A DNA stretch of 64,000 nucleotides, taken from the NCBI GenBank assembly GCA_002633005.1, contig NMRA01000576.1:52329-116328 (forward strand), read 5' to 3'. Of the stretch, positions 50,290-64,000 are shown piece by piece. Both the position numbers and the translations under genes were made by a program. Numbering within the stretch: the stretch's first letter is position 1; each line of letters opens with the position of its first letter. The notes under the pieces are model-generated. The model did not search any database. It was given only the letters and a program-made list of their open reading frames with translations, and was not told where the DNA came from. This DNA is from Phoronis australis. Lineage: Eukaryota; Animalia; Phoronida.

Positions 50290-51745
50290 TGCATATTGTA
50301 ACCTACCATCCAATCACAGTCTAAAACAAAGCATGCATATGACATGCATGTTTTAAACATACGCTGGACTTCAGAGTAACCACATTTTGCAACATCTTAT
50401 TTGAAAGTGTACGGCAATCTAAACCTAGAACATACAATGATCGGTTAATGAAACAGCTGGCAACTGCTATAACTTTCAAATCCCGTTATTTTCATGAACT
50501 TGTCTTTGTTGTTTGTTAGTCTGATAAGGCTATGCACAACTTAAACACATTACCGGGCGTACCTCAGGGTCCAATTCTGTGCACTCAATTACTCACTATT
50601 TTTGTTCACGATCTCCGTACTGTCCTTCACAACATTGCCCAAGATTTATATGCTGAGGATACAGTAGTTACATGTATATCCGCAGCTGGATCACATTTCG
50701 AACTCGAAACTTCTCTTGAAAATGAGCTAGCCCTTACAAATGACAGGCTGATTGAAAAAACTCACTTTCGATTTTAGTAAAACCAAGCCGTGCTGTTGGG
50801 AACCCACCAGAAACTTAAAGAACAAAAACTGTCCCTTTCTATTAGCGGTTCTCCCACCGATAATGTTTACACGTTTAAATACGTGGGCCTTAATTTAGAT
50901 TCCAATATTAAATTTAATATAGATAACAACACAAAAAAATTATCGAAGAAAACTGGAGCACTTAAAAGTGTAGGCAAATTTCTTAATGTCAGTACTCTAA
51001 AGACACATTACATTCTATTATTGAGCCTCATATTGATTATTGTTTATCGATTTGGGGGCATACTAGTGACAAACTTGACTGCAAAGTACAAGTAACCCAA
51101 AATTACGCAGCCAATGCTATCTTGGGTACTAGAATTAGGGAAACAAGGTTTGATGACTTGTATTCTAAGCTGGGATTTATAAAAGTAATGAAAAGAAATA
51201 AATATATCTCTGCCTGAAGTATGTACAGATGTATCAAAGGCTAGTCTCCATCCAGTATATCTCAATAGCAGTCAAGCTATATATTCTACACGCTCTACTG
51301 TTGCTGGAAATGTTTCTTTCAAAAAAATACAACGGAGACTGGCAAGATATGTTTTGTCTATGCTGCTGCTATAATATGAATATCCCTTAGCCGAGACATT
51401 AAACTGTCCGATTCTATTAATACTTTCAACCTTAATATTAAAATGGCTGTAATTTACCCTACCTATCTTAATCATGCCATTTTTTCTGTCGTAAATACTT
51501 TTACTGTTTAGAATCACTCTTTATTTATTTAATCTCTCTTGGAAACTTTTTCACCATTCTTTGTCAATAATTTATTGTCTTAATTCTGAACCTGTTTTAA
51601 TTGCATCTTTGTAAAGTATATTTAATTGTTGTTTCATAACCTCATTTTACGATTTTACTTTTTGTTGTTGAGGGTTCTCTTGGAAAGCAGTGCTAACACT
51701 GAGAGTCCATAATATCACAATAAATAAATAAATAATCAAATAAAC
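50290..51745 (+). mobile_element. Decayed L2/CR1-group LINE 3' fragment
   Basis: GVPQGPIL...IFVHDL...LYAEDT and FKYVGLNLDSNIKF motifs, with a (TAAA)n tail at about 51718-51745. Confidence 0.85.
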
Positions 51746-52072
51746 TATGTAATGAGCAGTGCTAGTCGTATTTATACCTAGCAGTCTCAAGCACAGCCCC
51801 GAAATGTCACCGTACCAATATTACAATGAGATTCAACAGCCACAATCAGGGTTAAAACTCACAGTTTCACCTCACAAGCATACTTTTGCGTACATTTTAA
51901 AACTTTTAGCAAAACCAAGAAGCTTTAGATTTGCTTGAACAAACTGCAACAATAATTTGTGACTTAATTAAAGCTTACAAGCACAGTAGCTAAACAATAG
52001 ACATTTTCTATCTTGTTTCAGAATAAAACCCTGATTGCAGCATGATTCCTAATTAAACACATGAAGCTCTAC

Positions 52073-52177
52073 CTGCATTGTGACTGTAAACAGCTCAATG
52101 CCACCACTGTTGTTTGCTTCGAACTGTATGTTTTGGATGTCTAGTTCTTCCAAGTACTCCGCCAAGTAAATAGAGAC
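52073..52177 (-). CDS. Putative small internal exon of unknown function
   Basis: ttttcAG acceptor and GTAGAG donor, 105 nt open phase 0-0, VSIYLAEYLEELDIQNIQFEANNSGGIELFTVTMQ. Confidence 0.45.
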
Positions 52178-54838
52178 CTGAAAACAACGATGAGATATTA
52201 GCAAATAAAACAGTATGTTTTAGCTTCACAAAATACAAAAAAACACAATTGCAGCGACAGTTATCCATGTACAGACACTGGCATGCTCTTCATTAGGTGT
52301 CTGACTTACTTCTAATACTTTACAGTAAAAAATGAAAATTTGTATCCTCTGTACTCCGAAAAATTACGCCACTGCCTGCCATTTCCAATGATATGTGACA
52401 AGCAAAATTATTTACGGGGAAGGAAAACGATGAGGTCATATATATAACACTGAATGATTTGATTGCAATAAAACCGGTTCAATCAGAATTTTTGAAGTAG
52501 GAATATCGCAAACTTCCGCGACATTTGCCATTCCACAACCTTATAATAATACGCAATCACGTACTCAGCACCTCCGTGAGTTCAATCAGAATCAAGTTTA
52601 ACATTTGTATGGCGGGAAGGGCTCGTGCCGTTAGCAGGAGTCACTATTCATATTCTGATGTCCATTTTGACATCTACTTTAAGCTAAGTGTTGGCTAGTC
52701 ATCGGTATGGAATTAAACATGCTGGTTCTCTGGAGACCTCTTGGTTTGAGGGAGTCTTGAATCGGAGTTTGTGAAACGTGGCTGTAGTGATTGATTAAGC
52801 AAAATATATGATTTAAGTGCAGTCGCTGGTCAATTCATTTATTTCTATAATGCGAACCCGTGATATTTGTTTTTAGTATTATGGTTCTATGTACATGTAG
52901 TTCGGAGTTACTCAAGTTTTACAGTTCGTAACACAAGTTAACATGATGACTGGTGAGAGTTCACTTGGGTACATTGTGACCTACTCCTGGGGTATTTTAT
53001 TTGGGGTACTAGTAGCGGGATGTCCTCTCTTATTCCAAAATCTAGATCTACCTTGATCACCTGAGCGATCGATCAAAGCAGGCAGTCAAAGCTAAATGAC
53101 GAAAAATAAGTTATCAAGTTTAATACTATACCTTACAATGGTTACAGTGATGATTAATATTTTGAGATTCAGGCAAGTGAAACTTGCAAACTGTTGACCT
53201 ATACCGCAATAGAATTTCAAAATAAGAATTACCCTGAGCTCAAAGACATAACCACACAAAACCAATGCCAATATAACCAACTTGCGAAATGATTACATTC
53301 AGAGAGATTTTAAAAACGTAAGTTATTTTCCAAAAACCTAAGTTTTTCTACCAAAAACTTCAGTTTCAACGAAAAAAATGCTCATTTTTTTAAGGGTTAC
53401 CCACAGTGTCAACTGCATAAAATTTTCTCCTCTCCCGTCTTTACCATTCATTTCGGCGTAAAGTCCTGAAGTGGAATCAGTCCTGCTGCAGAATATTATA
53501 GTCTTAAATAGTAGACAATTATGTTGTGTTCAAATTCAATTGTAATCAAAAACAGTTTCAAGTGCTCGGTGTTCTTAGTTCAGGTGTTAATGTTTGTTTG
53601 GGTCAACCTTTTTGTCACATCGGACTGGTACTGAATGACATAATCACGACAGGCACTTTCTTTTATTGGTTAAAATTGTCAAGTTATCAAATAACATTGG
53701 TCACTTCTAGAAGTGCCTTCATGTGTGAAAATGTTCCTGCTATTGTGTGTGCGTCATGCCAAATAGTAGCCAGTAAAAATATAAAACGTGTCAGAAAGAC
53801 CTAACAGGACTCGACATCTCAGGCATTCTTTGTTAGGGGCAAACCCGCATGTTGCTGGTCACTGAACCCTGATGGAAGCGCCGGCAACCTGCCCTTAGTT
53901 CAGTAACACAAAGTGTTCCTTGAAAAGCAAGACTTTGCATAATTACGTGACCTGTTTTCACGTATTTCAAAATAAAATCTTCGTAATCTGAATTATTTAC
54001 CGTTGTTGCAAAATTGGTTTCCTACAATTATTCTGCTGATGACATTGTGATGTGATCTTTTGCGTCGACTTTCGGCGCCATGAAATATTGCGTCACATAT
54101 TAGCCATTTTTTCTCCCTGATTCTTCAATTAAAGGTTCTTCCTCGAGGCTGCATATACGACATAACAAATGATCCGAATTGGTTTCACTTCATTATATGA
54201 TTTTGGAATTTTGATATCAATAATTTTGCTGCGATGTTGTCATCATCTTACGTGAGATGTCGAAAAAAAATCTGGAATTGGCACGAGTCACGCATGTACT
54301 CCATGCAAAACGACGACGTACATTTCTTTGTTACAAAAGACAGATAGTTACTTAAGGAAATGAGGGCCGTGATGCGCAAGGTGAATGTCAATTGACATTC
54401 AAATTCTACATGCACACCCGCCGGTCCTTAGCTCATTTTAATACAAGTTTCACGACGAAGTGACTAGCATAACTATCCGGGAAGAGTGCAATGTCTAAGT
54501 CTGTCGCACCTCAATACACAGTGCAACCTTGCGGTATTTTGACGATAGTCTTCACACAGCTAGCTGGCTTGACAGGAAGGCTCTACCTACGAAACAATTT
54601 CTTTACTACGAAAGTGAAAACATTCAGGATGATGATGGATCATGGGTGAAACTATCATCGATTACTTCCTTCCGTTTTTGTGCGCCTATGATTATAATAT
54701 GGGCGCTATATTCAAACCATCTTTTGTGCTGTTCCTTACCTTTAAAGATTTACAGGCATTTTTGTATTGCTATTAAGCTTAGGCCGTACTTATATCTACT
54801 TAGTTACAAGATTTTTCACATTCTAACAATTTTCTTAC

Positions 54839-54899
54839 CCGGAGTAGATCTTCAATCACTTGACAGGTATCCCTGCCCACATTGCAAAAGCCGTCATTC
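54839..54899 (-). CDS. Putative small Cys-containing exon
   Basis: ctcacAG acceptor and GTAAGA donor, 61 nt, NDGFCNVGRDTCQVIEDLLR. Its phase-0 end is compatible with the exon at 52177. Confidence 0.4.
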
Positions 54900-57800
54900 C
54901 TGTGAGGTATATATTTAGTTATGGAATCCTTAGTTATACTTTTTTGCGTACGATTCGTTCAAAATTGTGAAATATTTATCACCAGAAGGTATGTATTTAG
55001 CTATGTCCTATAGAGCAACCGATTTTTGTTGTCAGACAAAGGATTGGAGCTAACACTGGAGCTTCAGACCAGAGATATGGATCCTAAATTCTTACTAAAG
55101 TGCAATATTTTACACAAACAATAATTATGGCATCAACAATTGTAAAAATAACAATACGTTTGTGATTTATTTGTAATTCAAATCTGTTACGTGTGTCTCC
55201 TTTAGCATTCCTGCTAGTCATTAGGTCAAAGAGGAATTTGTAGGAAATACGTTATTGGAGCAGTGACATTATGGGCTTGTGAACCAAGGGATGTTTTTCT
55301 TATAACTACTCTCAGTTTTTATAGGTTGGTGGTCTCAAGACAAAATGACTTTAAATCTAAAAAGTGTTAACTCAAAAAACTTGTGCTTTGTTTGTGAAGA
55401 GTTGTCTTCAATTAAAAAGGATACTAAACCCTCTTTTGATGATTTCAATCAACCATGGTCCTGACATCAGCTAATAAATCATTGAGTCCAATCTTGAACA
55501 AGGTGGAATTAGCTAAAACTCATGCCCCTTATCTCACATTTCGTACTTGAAGTGTTTTTTCCCACAGTAGCCGTGTAATTTCTATAGCGTAGGTCGCTCG
55601 TGCAGACTTTCAAAAGAGTTTCAAATTCATTTTTCCGAACTTTTCAGAGTTGTCGAGAGTTACAGGTGAATCTTTTGTTTCAGAGAACTGGATAGTAAAG
55701 TCGTTTTTGTATCTTATTCTGTCAATAGGTCAAAACCTGCTTGATATACTTTTCGTTTTCTTAGGTGCCTTTGGTTGGAAGGGCTACTGGTCTGATTGGT
55801 CCACTGAGCAGTACAATTTGCTATAAACCTGATTAGCAGGCATGAAAAGGGTCACGCAACTAAATGGCAATTACCACAATTGGCGCATGGCAGGGCTAGG
55901 ATGGCAAGAGAAAATTCCTGAAAGAGCCCTGCATTTTTAAAACAAAGTGTTCATTACTTGCATAAATTATAATTCTTAATTGTACCCAACTGTTCTAAAA
56001 CAGCAATCTTCCATAAGCTGTCATGACCCTGAAAACTTTCAGACTGACGGTAGTTCGAACTGAAGTTCCTTTGCACTAGGGACCATCAAAGGTCCTGCAG
56101 AATACAGGATCGATCAACCCCATCTCAGCACATCTCGTATAGACATCACAAAACATTAACGAAACAATAGCTGAAAAGTTGTTACCATATCCTTGTCATG
56201 TCCAACAAAAATTTAATTTATATACATACATACGACGAAATTGGAAAACAGGTAATTGTAGATAGATGGCATACCTTTCAGACGATGTATAAGGAAATTC
56301 TTGATTATTTTAGCAGAGCTCAACAGCTTTTAGCAAAAATGGCATCCCGTCACTTCTTCATCTGAAACAAATTACAAATGCAGTGATCTATACTGCACCT
56401 TCACATTTGCATACATTTGTTTGGCTGGTTTAAATCTTTATCCAAAGTCTCCATTAACATGAGTTTGAAAGTGTTTAAGTTACTTTTTTATCTAGATAAA
56501 AATAAAAATGTTATGAAATTATATGTTGCAAATAAGGGAATGTGCAAAATTTCACAAGGTTAATTAATGTAAGTCTCAAAAGAGGCCATATGCTAACGGT
56601 GTAAGAATCAAAATGACTATGCAGTTAGCTTTTGAACTTATTATGTCAATGTACCAATTGATTGTGACCTCGCACACACTATTTTAAAAACATATAAAAT
56701 ACAGAAACATGGCGAAAATGTTTAATCTCCCAAGATATATATGTATACTTCTCATAACTTTTTACCCATGTGAAACTCACAACCCCTTCCTAACTCACCC
56801 ACACGAAGTTGCATGTTTTCCAACTCTGAGAAAACAAGCCCCAAATGCTACCTCCATACTGATCATTGTCACGTAAACAGTATAGTCCAAAGGGCTTACA
56901 GTCGGAAAACAATAGAATTCCGTAGGTGGAAGGATCTATACTTCAAAGAGTCAATAATTGGAGTATCAAAAATTGTTAACAGTTTTTTTTTAAATATTCT
57001 GTTATCTACAGAATTACATGTGTTCAGAATTTCAGATAATTTTACAGCATATTCTCTATCTCCCAATCATAAAATCTCGTACAGCTTTGTTAAGCAGGCA
57101 AAGTTCTAATTCTTGAAATTGTGGCTATTCAACGAACAACAACCTAAGCAAGCTACAACTCATAGTTTAATGTAGCACATTATTATTTACTAACTACCGT
57201 GTTGGTAACGCAAGATAAAATTCCCCATAATTCCTAGACCCTTTGGACCAACGATCCCTCATCGAGTCTAATAAGCAGATATCAAAGTTAACATCAGATG
57301 TATCGTATCACAGAATTTAAACCAATGTTCTTTAAGGAAGATAGAACACGACTATATATTAGCAGACGTCTTTCAAAACTGTACGGGAACGCCATGTCCT
57401 AAGGGTTGGTTAAGTTTTCATGAAGCAGATGCTGTAAACTGTGATGTAGCAGCATCAAATGACATAGGGTTTGACTTTTTTGATTGATACAGAAAAAAAC
57501 GGACAAAGCGCTGCGTGATTCCCATAAAATCTGCTAAGTTGGTTTTTGCTCTACTATACCTGAACTTGAACTACTAATGTCTGGGACACCTTCCACTTGC
57601 AGGTGCAAATGAATCTAATACTTTACTCGCACTTTATTTAAAAAGGGGAAAGTATCTAAAAATTACGATTTGAAGGACATGTCTATCATACAGTTTTCCA
57701 GTTACGAAGACCTTGAAGAAAAATCTGGTTCGGGCAGGTAAACGGATTTTTTGTTGTGATAACATGTAATTCAATAGTTTCAATTCATGGGTTAAAATGT

Positions 57801-59492
57801 GTTCATTCACAAGTTTTCTTTGTGAGGATATGTGGCTGGGGTTACCCAATACGATTTCTGTGTAAATCAACGTATTAAAAATAAAGTCAATCACTCACCT
57901 TGAAGAGAATTCCTGTACATTCTAGGAGAATCGTCCTTTAGCCAAACAGCTTGCTTGTAAATACACCTCAACATGAAATAGGTAAAATCAATCAAGACAA
58001 GTCCTTGGGATGTCAATAAGACTTTCTGCTCTGATCAGTTATGTTTGTAACTTCCATGGCTGCTTTGGTACATCTCTCCAGTAACTCTCTGAATGACTAT
58101 GATTTTAAGCTGTTTGATTTACTCCCAGTTATGACATACTTAACAGTTGCTTCATTAAGCAAATATGATTTCTCCCAATGAGGAATGGCGCACTCAGTTC
58201 TAATGCAAAATAATTTTAATGGTTAAATTCGTTCGGTTTCGGAGATTTCATTACAGGAATTATATAGCCTTATTTGTTTTCCCTGTAAAGTTTGTACAAT
58301 TCTTCAATTCTTGGCATCATTAAAAACAAATCTTACTATAATTCTCGACAGAAGCATAGCGGCTCACAAAACCCTCTTGGCCCAATCCAGCTTAGTAGTA
58401 ATAGGTTGCATTTATCATAGGTTTCAAATTGAAGCATGACTTGATTTTGAACCCCATAACCAAATGAAGCTGTTTCGCACATAACTCACAATATTCAAAT
58501 GATACATCATATCGATGTATTACTAAGAGAATTCATCGATATGCTTAGATATTTTTCACATGATCTGGTCTTGTAATTGTGCCGTCATTTCTATGACAAC
58601 AGAAAATATGTCTTGCAGTTAGTGAATACAAATTCAAGGCACTATGTTAATGAATAATTGAGATCTTGTATATTTTGGCAACTCACACAAATTAACTTCA
58701 GTAGATTATTTTACCCTTGCATTTCCCATTTCAAGTTTGGGATTTGGTTTTCAGTCACTGCAAAATGAATCGTTGTTAAGGATTAAAAAGATCCGAAGGT
58801 TAATGCTAGATCATTCAATTTCAAATCATGGACCAATCATTATTTCTTGCTACATTCAGTAGAAATGAGCAAACAACCGAGCATATTTAAATTTGGTCGT
58901 TAATTTTCTGGGTTTGTTTGAAGTGTAAAATATTTTTTTCGGAAAATTTTTATTTGACAGTTAGAACTGAAGCGGAACAAATTGTGTAAGTTTGATGAAC
59001 GATTGAACTTAGTTCCTCAAGATATGTTTAGCTGGTTTGTACATTTGCTTTACTTGGTTGTTAATTGAATTTGCTATGTGTACAATTGGTGCATATTTGT
59101 TTCATCCAGGATTCCAAGAGAGCCTTTTGTAGCGTTCCAGTCTACAAAATGGACCATTTCGTAGGAAAATTGATACTGAAAGTGCACCCATTTGTAGTGA
59201 ATTATCTCAGATAAGGCATCCCTTCGCAGCGAATATGGGAAATCTTACGAAATGTAATTCTTCTCAGGAATATACTGAAATCATTGGAATCTACAACTAT
59301 CTGGGTATTTATAGTAAAAGGAATTCTTCAGATCATAGTAAGGGGGTGACAGATGCGAGTAATTGACCGCATCATATGCAGAAAATATAGTTCCTAGGAA
59401 CTTGCCAAATAATAGTTAGCAATGGTGCCAATCTAATTCATGAATCTGAAATTACTTAAACAAGGAAAATTTAGGAATTTGAAAGACTTACC

Positions 59493-59716
59493 ATAGATTA
59501 GGATCTCGGATGTACCATCTTTTACCCAAACATACTCGCTTTTAGATAAAACGAAGTAAAACTTGTCTCAACTCAAACTCTAAAATTGATGTTCACTTCC
59601 AACTCTATAACACTAAAATCAAAACCTCAGGCGCTTGACACAGTGGAAGGCCAAGTAGCGTAATATCCTGATTGGCCTTTAAATAACAGTGTATCGATGT
59701 AGGCCACAATTGACAG
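59493..59716 (-). pseudogene. Possible decayed CUB-like exon downstream of the WSC exon
   Basis: Broken frames DCQLW../LFKGQSGYYATWPS..*..IELEV..*VETSFTSFYL/SEYVWVKDGTSEILIY, ending at a GTAAGT donor. Resembles CUB motif order but has stops. Confidence 0.35.
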
Positions 59717-59931
59717 TCTATATCATTGAACTCAGAACAACAGTGACCTCTTTTGGGAGAAACTACTTTGAGTTATGTATAACATATCATGATGGAACCA
59801 AATTGTTGAGAAAGTACATGCGCAGAAACTGTGGATATCAAATAACAGAGGTCTAAATTGTGGGGAATTATATATGCCCTGCAATTTTTGCAGCCCCACA
59901 GTAAAGGTCTCATACAATGTATACAAAAAAG

Positions 59932-59941
59932 CCCCCCCCCC

Positions 59942-59979
<38 letters not shown>

Positions 59980-59980
59980 C
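59932..59980. repeat. Poly-C plus (CA)n(TA)n simple repeat
   Basis: Direct inspection. Confidence 0.9.
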
Positions 59981-60166
59981 ATTGCATGCATTGAAATTAA
60001 AACAACATATGTGAAAACGTTTTAATGTGTAAGGGATTACTGAAATTCCTGTCGTTTCGTAAGGTATTACTGAAAGAGCAACAATTCCACCAGGTCTTGA
60101 CTGATTGTGATTTATTTCTTTGATACTTGCCTGGGTTATTTTGAAAGCTACAGTGCACGAACTTAC

Positions 60167-60478
60167 CTCGACTATAATTTGTCATCATAACGTAGTTTCT
60201 CTGTTTCCCACCACAAAATGGGGACTCGTCACCTGTACACTTCATTGCGCAGTCTGTTAATGCAACGTAGCCGTATTTGCCGTAACTGTTTCCACACCAA
60301 CACTGATTTCCATTTTGAAGAGCAGCATACTCGGACCATAGAAGTTCACAATTAAGTTTGCATAAGGAAGGGGAAGTTCTTTCACCCAGGTCAACGAATT
60401 TGTTCAAATCTGGACTTTGCAGATTGTCCACAAAGCAGGATGGTAGTTCTGGTAATTCGTCAGAAAAAATTGAATATG
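60167..60478 (-). CDS. WSC carbohydrate-binding domain exon
   Basis: gtttcAG acceptor, 312 nt open phase 1-1, GTAAGT donor. Reads SCFVD...TSPSLCKLNC...YAALQNGNQCWCGNSYGKYG...DCAMKCTGDESPFCGG..RNYV. Confidence 0.9.
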
Positions 60479-63400
60479 CTGAAACAAAATTTCTTAGTTA
60501 ATATTTTCGACGTTCAAGGGTTCCTATCTTCGTTTTCTATATAACGAATACATCAAACTAGTGATGGTTCGTTATGTCACATTGTTAGCTAGAAACTGTG
60601 AGCGTTCGCACAGGTTTTCAGGTGGTACTGATTCCGCTAAGTAGAATTTCACAAAATGCAGTTTCAGGTGACCGTGCTAGTAAATAACTTTAAATCAACC
60701 AATGCTTCTTAATCACAGCAGCCATTTTAAAAGTTCATACGATAAGTTAACATTTTGATAAAAAATGTCATATTATTAATGGAAACGACTAGAAAGTTTG
60801 GCTTAACTGGTAGTGGAACTGAGAAACCGAAAGTTTAATTATCCCTTGGCTACGACGGGCGAAGTAGTTTAAAATTGAAAGGTCTGTCATCTCGCCTTAT
60901 TCATTGCATAAGCCCAAACGTTTAGATATTAGATGTTTCCAAACCTATTCGCAAAATTTCCAATGCTTTGTAAACTGAAACCACATATCTTTTTTATTAA
61001 ATATATGCAATGTTGTATATAACGTTGATTTTGATAACTGTAAGGAATTCCATATTAGACTGATCCAGAGACGCCTAGGTGATAGGCTTAAAGAATATAA
61101 TACATCCGACAGAATAACGTTGATAGGCATTGTATTCGCATCAACCCACAACCAAGTTCACTCAGTATCATTTTTGAATAACCTGCTAAGAAATAACTGT
61201 GTATCAAGGACTCGTTGGCCATTCAGGTTCAGCATGCTAATGATTCTCGCAATGCAGAGCTCAGTGAAACTGCAACAATGGCGATGACCCGCTAAGTTTC
61301 CCTGTACATGTATCTCTCACTCTCATTTCACCACATGGATGTAACTTGAATAGTAATCGACACTTGTTATATATATTCTGATTAAGTCTTGTGAATAGAC
61401 GAAGCGTTGAGTTAACATGAACTTCTTTAATTTTGCCACAATTGTCCGTTTTCTAATCGTTCTAAGCCCAAACAATGAAAAGATGATCATATAGTTAAAA
61501 TCGGCATAGTCTGCGGTGAACTTAGTGGTCTCTGTCCGATCAAACACTTGTTCTTTCAGATAACTAGTGAATAACAGCAAATTCTTTAAAGATCGAACTT
61601 CTCAGCTTTCCAAGGTTATCAGAGCATGCTAAATCAAATTCACAATTATCCACATTTTAATCCCAACGAAATCTGAAGACACTACAATCTCGAATCACAA
61701 ATCCCCTCCCTTGCCACGAACTGGATGTAAGTGATGCACCGTTTAGATTAAGTGCTAAGTCGTAAGTAAGACTCAATAAGGAATGATGGGATATCACGAC
61801 TTACTTTTAGTGATTAGCTCCGGTAAACAGTAAGCACATTAAAGGAAGATGAATATGCAATATCACAATAATTACATAAAAACAATGCACACTTAGACTG
61901 TTTTGAAAATAAGTTAAATTGAGGCAAGGACAACTAAGATGTATGTGTTCTCTGGCGACTATATTAGGAAGCTAAATGTCAACAATGAACCAACTGGGTA
62001 TGAAATAGCTTCAGAAAGAATTTTTGAAATGGTGACAGAGAAACAGCTCCAATTGAGCCTGCAGGATTCCTATCAGATTCCCGAGGGAAGCTGGATCGCA
62101 TGGTCGTCGCCTACTGGTGGATAGGCGTATCTATTTTTCAAGTGGGTTTTATTTAATTTAGTTTAGATAAAAATATGCGATATCAAATCGTGCAGTAGTG
62201 TTATACCCAACAAGTCATTAAAAAAAAACGACCGTAGAGTCCCTGAGGCGATAACCATTCGACGTTCTTACACATGGTGCATGAACTTGCAAGTTAAAAA
62301 TTGTTTAATACACACGACGTCGTTTGGCACAGCCGAAACAATCTGGCCTGCGCGGTAGTTTACGTTCCGTGGCACAGAATGAACACTATTCTGCCTTTCT
62401 TGAATGTCTGAAATTCGTGTGACACAGAAATTAAAAAAGTGCATGAGATCATAACACTGTTAAATTTTATGTTGGTTATGGACCTTGTTTCCTTACACTC
62501 CTCGCCGTTGAATCTTTCAATCCAGAAATCTTTAATTTTAAACAACGATGTATTCATTGAATATTTTGTCACGTTTTAGAATATGTTGGTTCGTCTAATA
62601 ATCAAACGTTAAAGCCAATCAACAAGTGACCATCTACTCTGTGAAGTGAGTGAACAACTGACCAAACTTTTAACTAAAGTATTCTATCTGGAATAAACAT
62701 GTTTAGACTGAACGGGTGTGTACTCGCCAACTTTTTCCCCCGCGTATACGCCAGTTGTTTCGCCTAAAATGCGGGCATAGATAGTCTGCTCTGATTTTTT
62801 ATGATCTGACAAACAAAATCATGTTTATTCGTTTGATAAAAATGTAGTAAAAAGGACCAACAAGCTATTGGAACAGCCATTGCTACAGCCAAATTAGAAA
62901 ACGTTAATATGAAGCGGGTTAAAAAGTGTCAAAGGGTTTTGAGAAGGAGCTTGGTAGCGAAACTGATCCGCAGCAAAGTACTGAACTCTGTTCAATAATT
63001 ATCGTTGTTTTGGGGAGTAACACGACATGATATAGGTTAAATGAGCCCAAAAGGTACACCATTAGTAGAATGGGGCTATTCGGAAAATCTAGAATAACTA
63101 GAGGGCGTGCGTGTACTAGTGGTGATAGATTAACAGCCTCGATTTCGCGAGCCCTTTAAATACATGGTGAAATGGCTTGGAGCCCTGCCAACTGAATCTG
63201 AGATTGCGTAAAAAGGGTGCTTCTATGAGAGGAAGTAAGCACGACCTCATACAAAGGTAAGGTTTGTGATAATTTTAACGATTATTCCATGATTATTGTT
63301 TCGATGCCTTTTAACTGAGGCACTCGCCGATGTCGACTTCCCGGCAGTCAGTCGCCAGCCAGAGTCTGGTTAATCTTTGTATGTTGTGATATGTGATACG

Positions 63401-64000
63401 ATACTTGACGTAGCAATCGGGATCTTTTCGTACATCAAAGCATTATTATTGTTTGGAATGATTTCTAAAAGTTTATCAGTGACAGTTACATCAATCAATG
63501 CTGAATGTTTGTGCTGTCAACTCGATACAGGTTAATGAGTTAAGATTACAATCCAATCCCAATGGCAAAGGGTACGTGAGTGATAAATATCCACTGCATT
63601 AGACTATTTGTTTACTCCCTATCATATGTCTTCTGGAAATCTATTAAACGTTGAAATGGAAATCTATCACGTCAGTTTTCACGTAACCTTTGGTTTTTAC
63701 GTTTGAATGCTTGTATCGTGTAGAGGAGATATGCATCTCTTCTGAATGGAAAAAATTGGGTTTTAGCATTTGACTACAGCTAACCAACAAGGTCTTCCCA
63801 TCCAGTGCAGATCTGTTGTCAAAGCCTACTTTCAATATTGGAGACAACGAACAAAGCCTTCGAAAAGGAGCAGCTATTTTTAAAGTCATTTTGTTGTAAA
63901 TTACTTATTCAGGTCCCGAGGGGGGATTGGCATGGTGGTTGTAATATTTGGTACAACTGAATGTGTGGAAATAACAGGTAATACATGTTTGGGGAAAAGA

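Noticed and set aside
61735-61830. Short imperfect palindromic MITE-like relic (TAAGTCGT...ACGACTTA)
   Set aside because: Too short and degenerate, with no TSD or second copy.

Overview
This is AT-rich, repeat-dense eukaryotic DNA with spliceosomal introns. The transposon mix and WSC/ShKT exons suggest a marine invertebrate such as a mollusc, which is inference only. There are no prokaryotic operons, CRISPR arrays or rRNA. Host genes: (i) the last two coding exons of a + strand IFI44-like GTPase ending in a two-helix hydrophobic tail (6826-7424 joined to 10940-11424); (ii) a minus-strand cluster with three intact phase-1/phase-1 WSC-domain exons (60167-60478, 47429-47716, 29190-29507), one with its own signal-peptide exon, plus small exons and decayed ShKT-like and CUB-like exons. 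Much of the rest is mobile DNA: Helentron-associated HINE/DINE-1-like elements nested in themselves and each other; an RTEX/Proto2-like LINE split by a HINE-in-HINE and by a THAP-bearing ISL2EU-like element; a Hero-like 3'-to-5' junction; a 1.6 kb TIR element in several copies; two inverted L1/Tx1 copies, one carrying a solo LTR; a decayed Gypsy element with both LTRs and a tRNA-Trp-like PBS; and an L2/CR1 3' fragment. I found no clear evidence of a wholly new system. The best leads are the repeated HINE self-nesting, the membrane-anchored IFI44-like GTPase and the WSC exon cluster. All family assignments come from motifs recognised by eye, with no database search.
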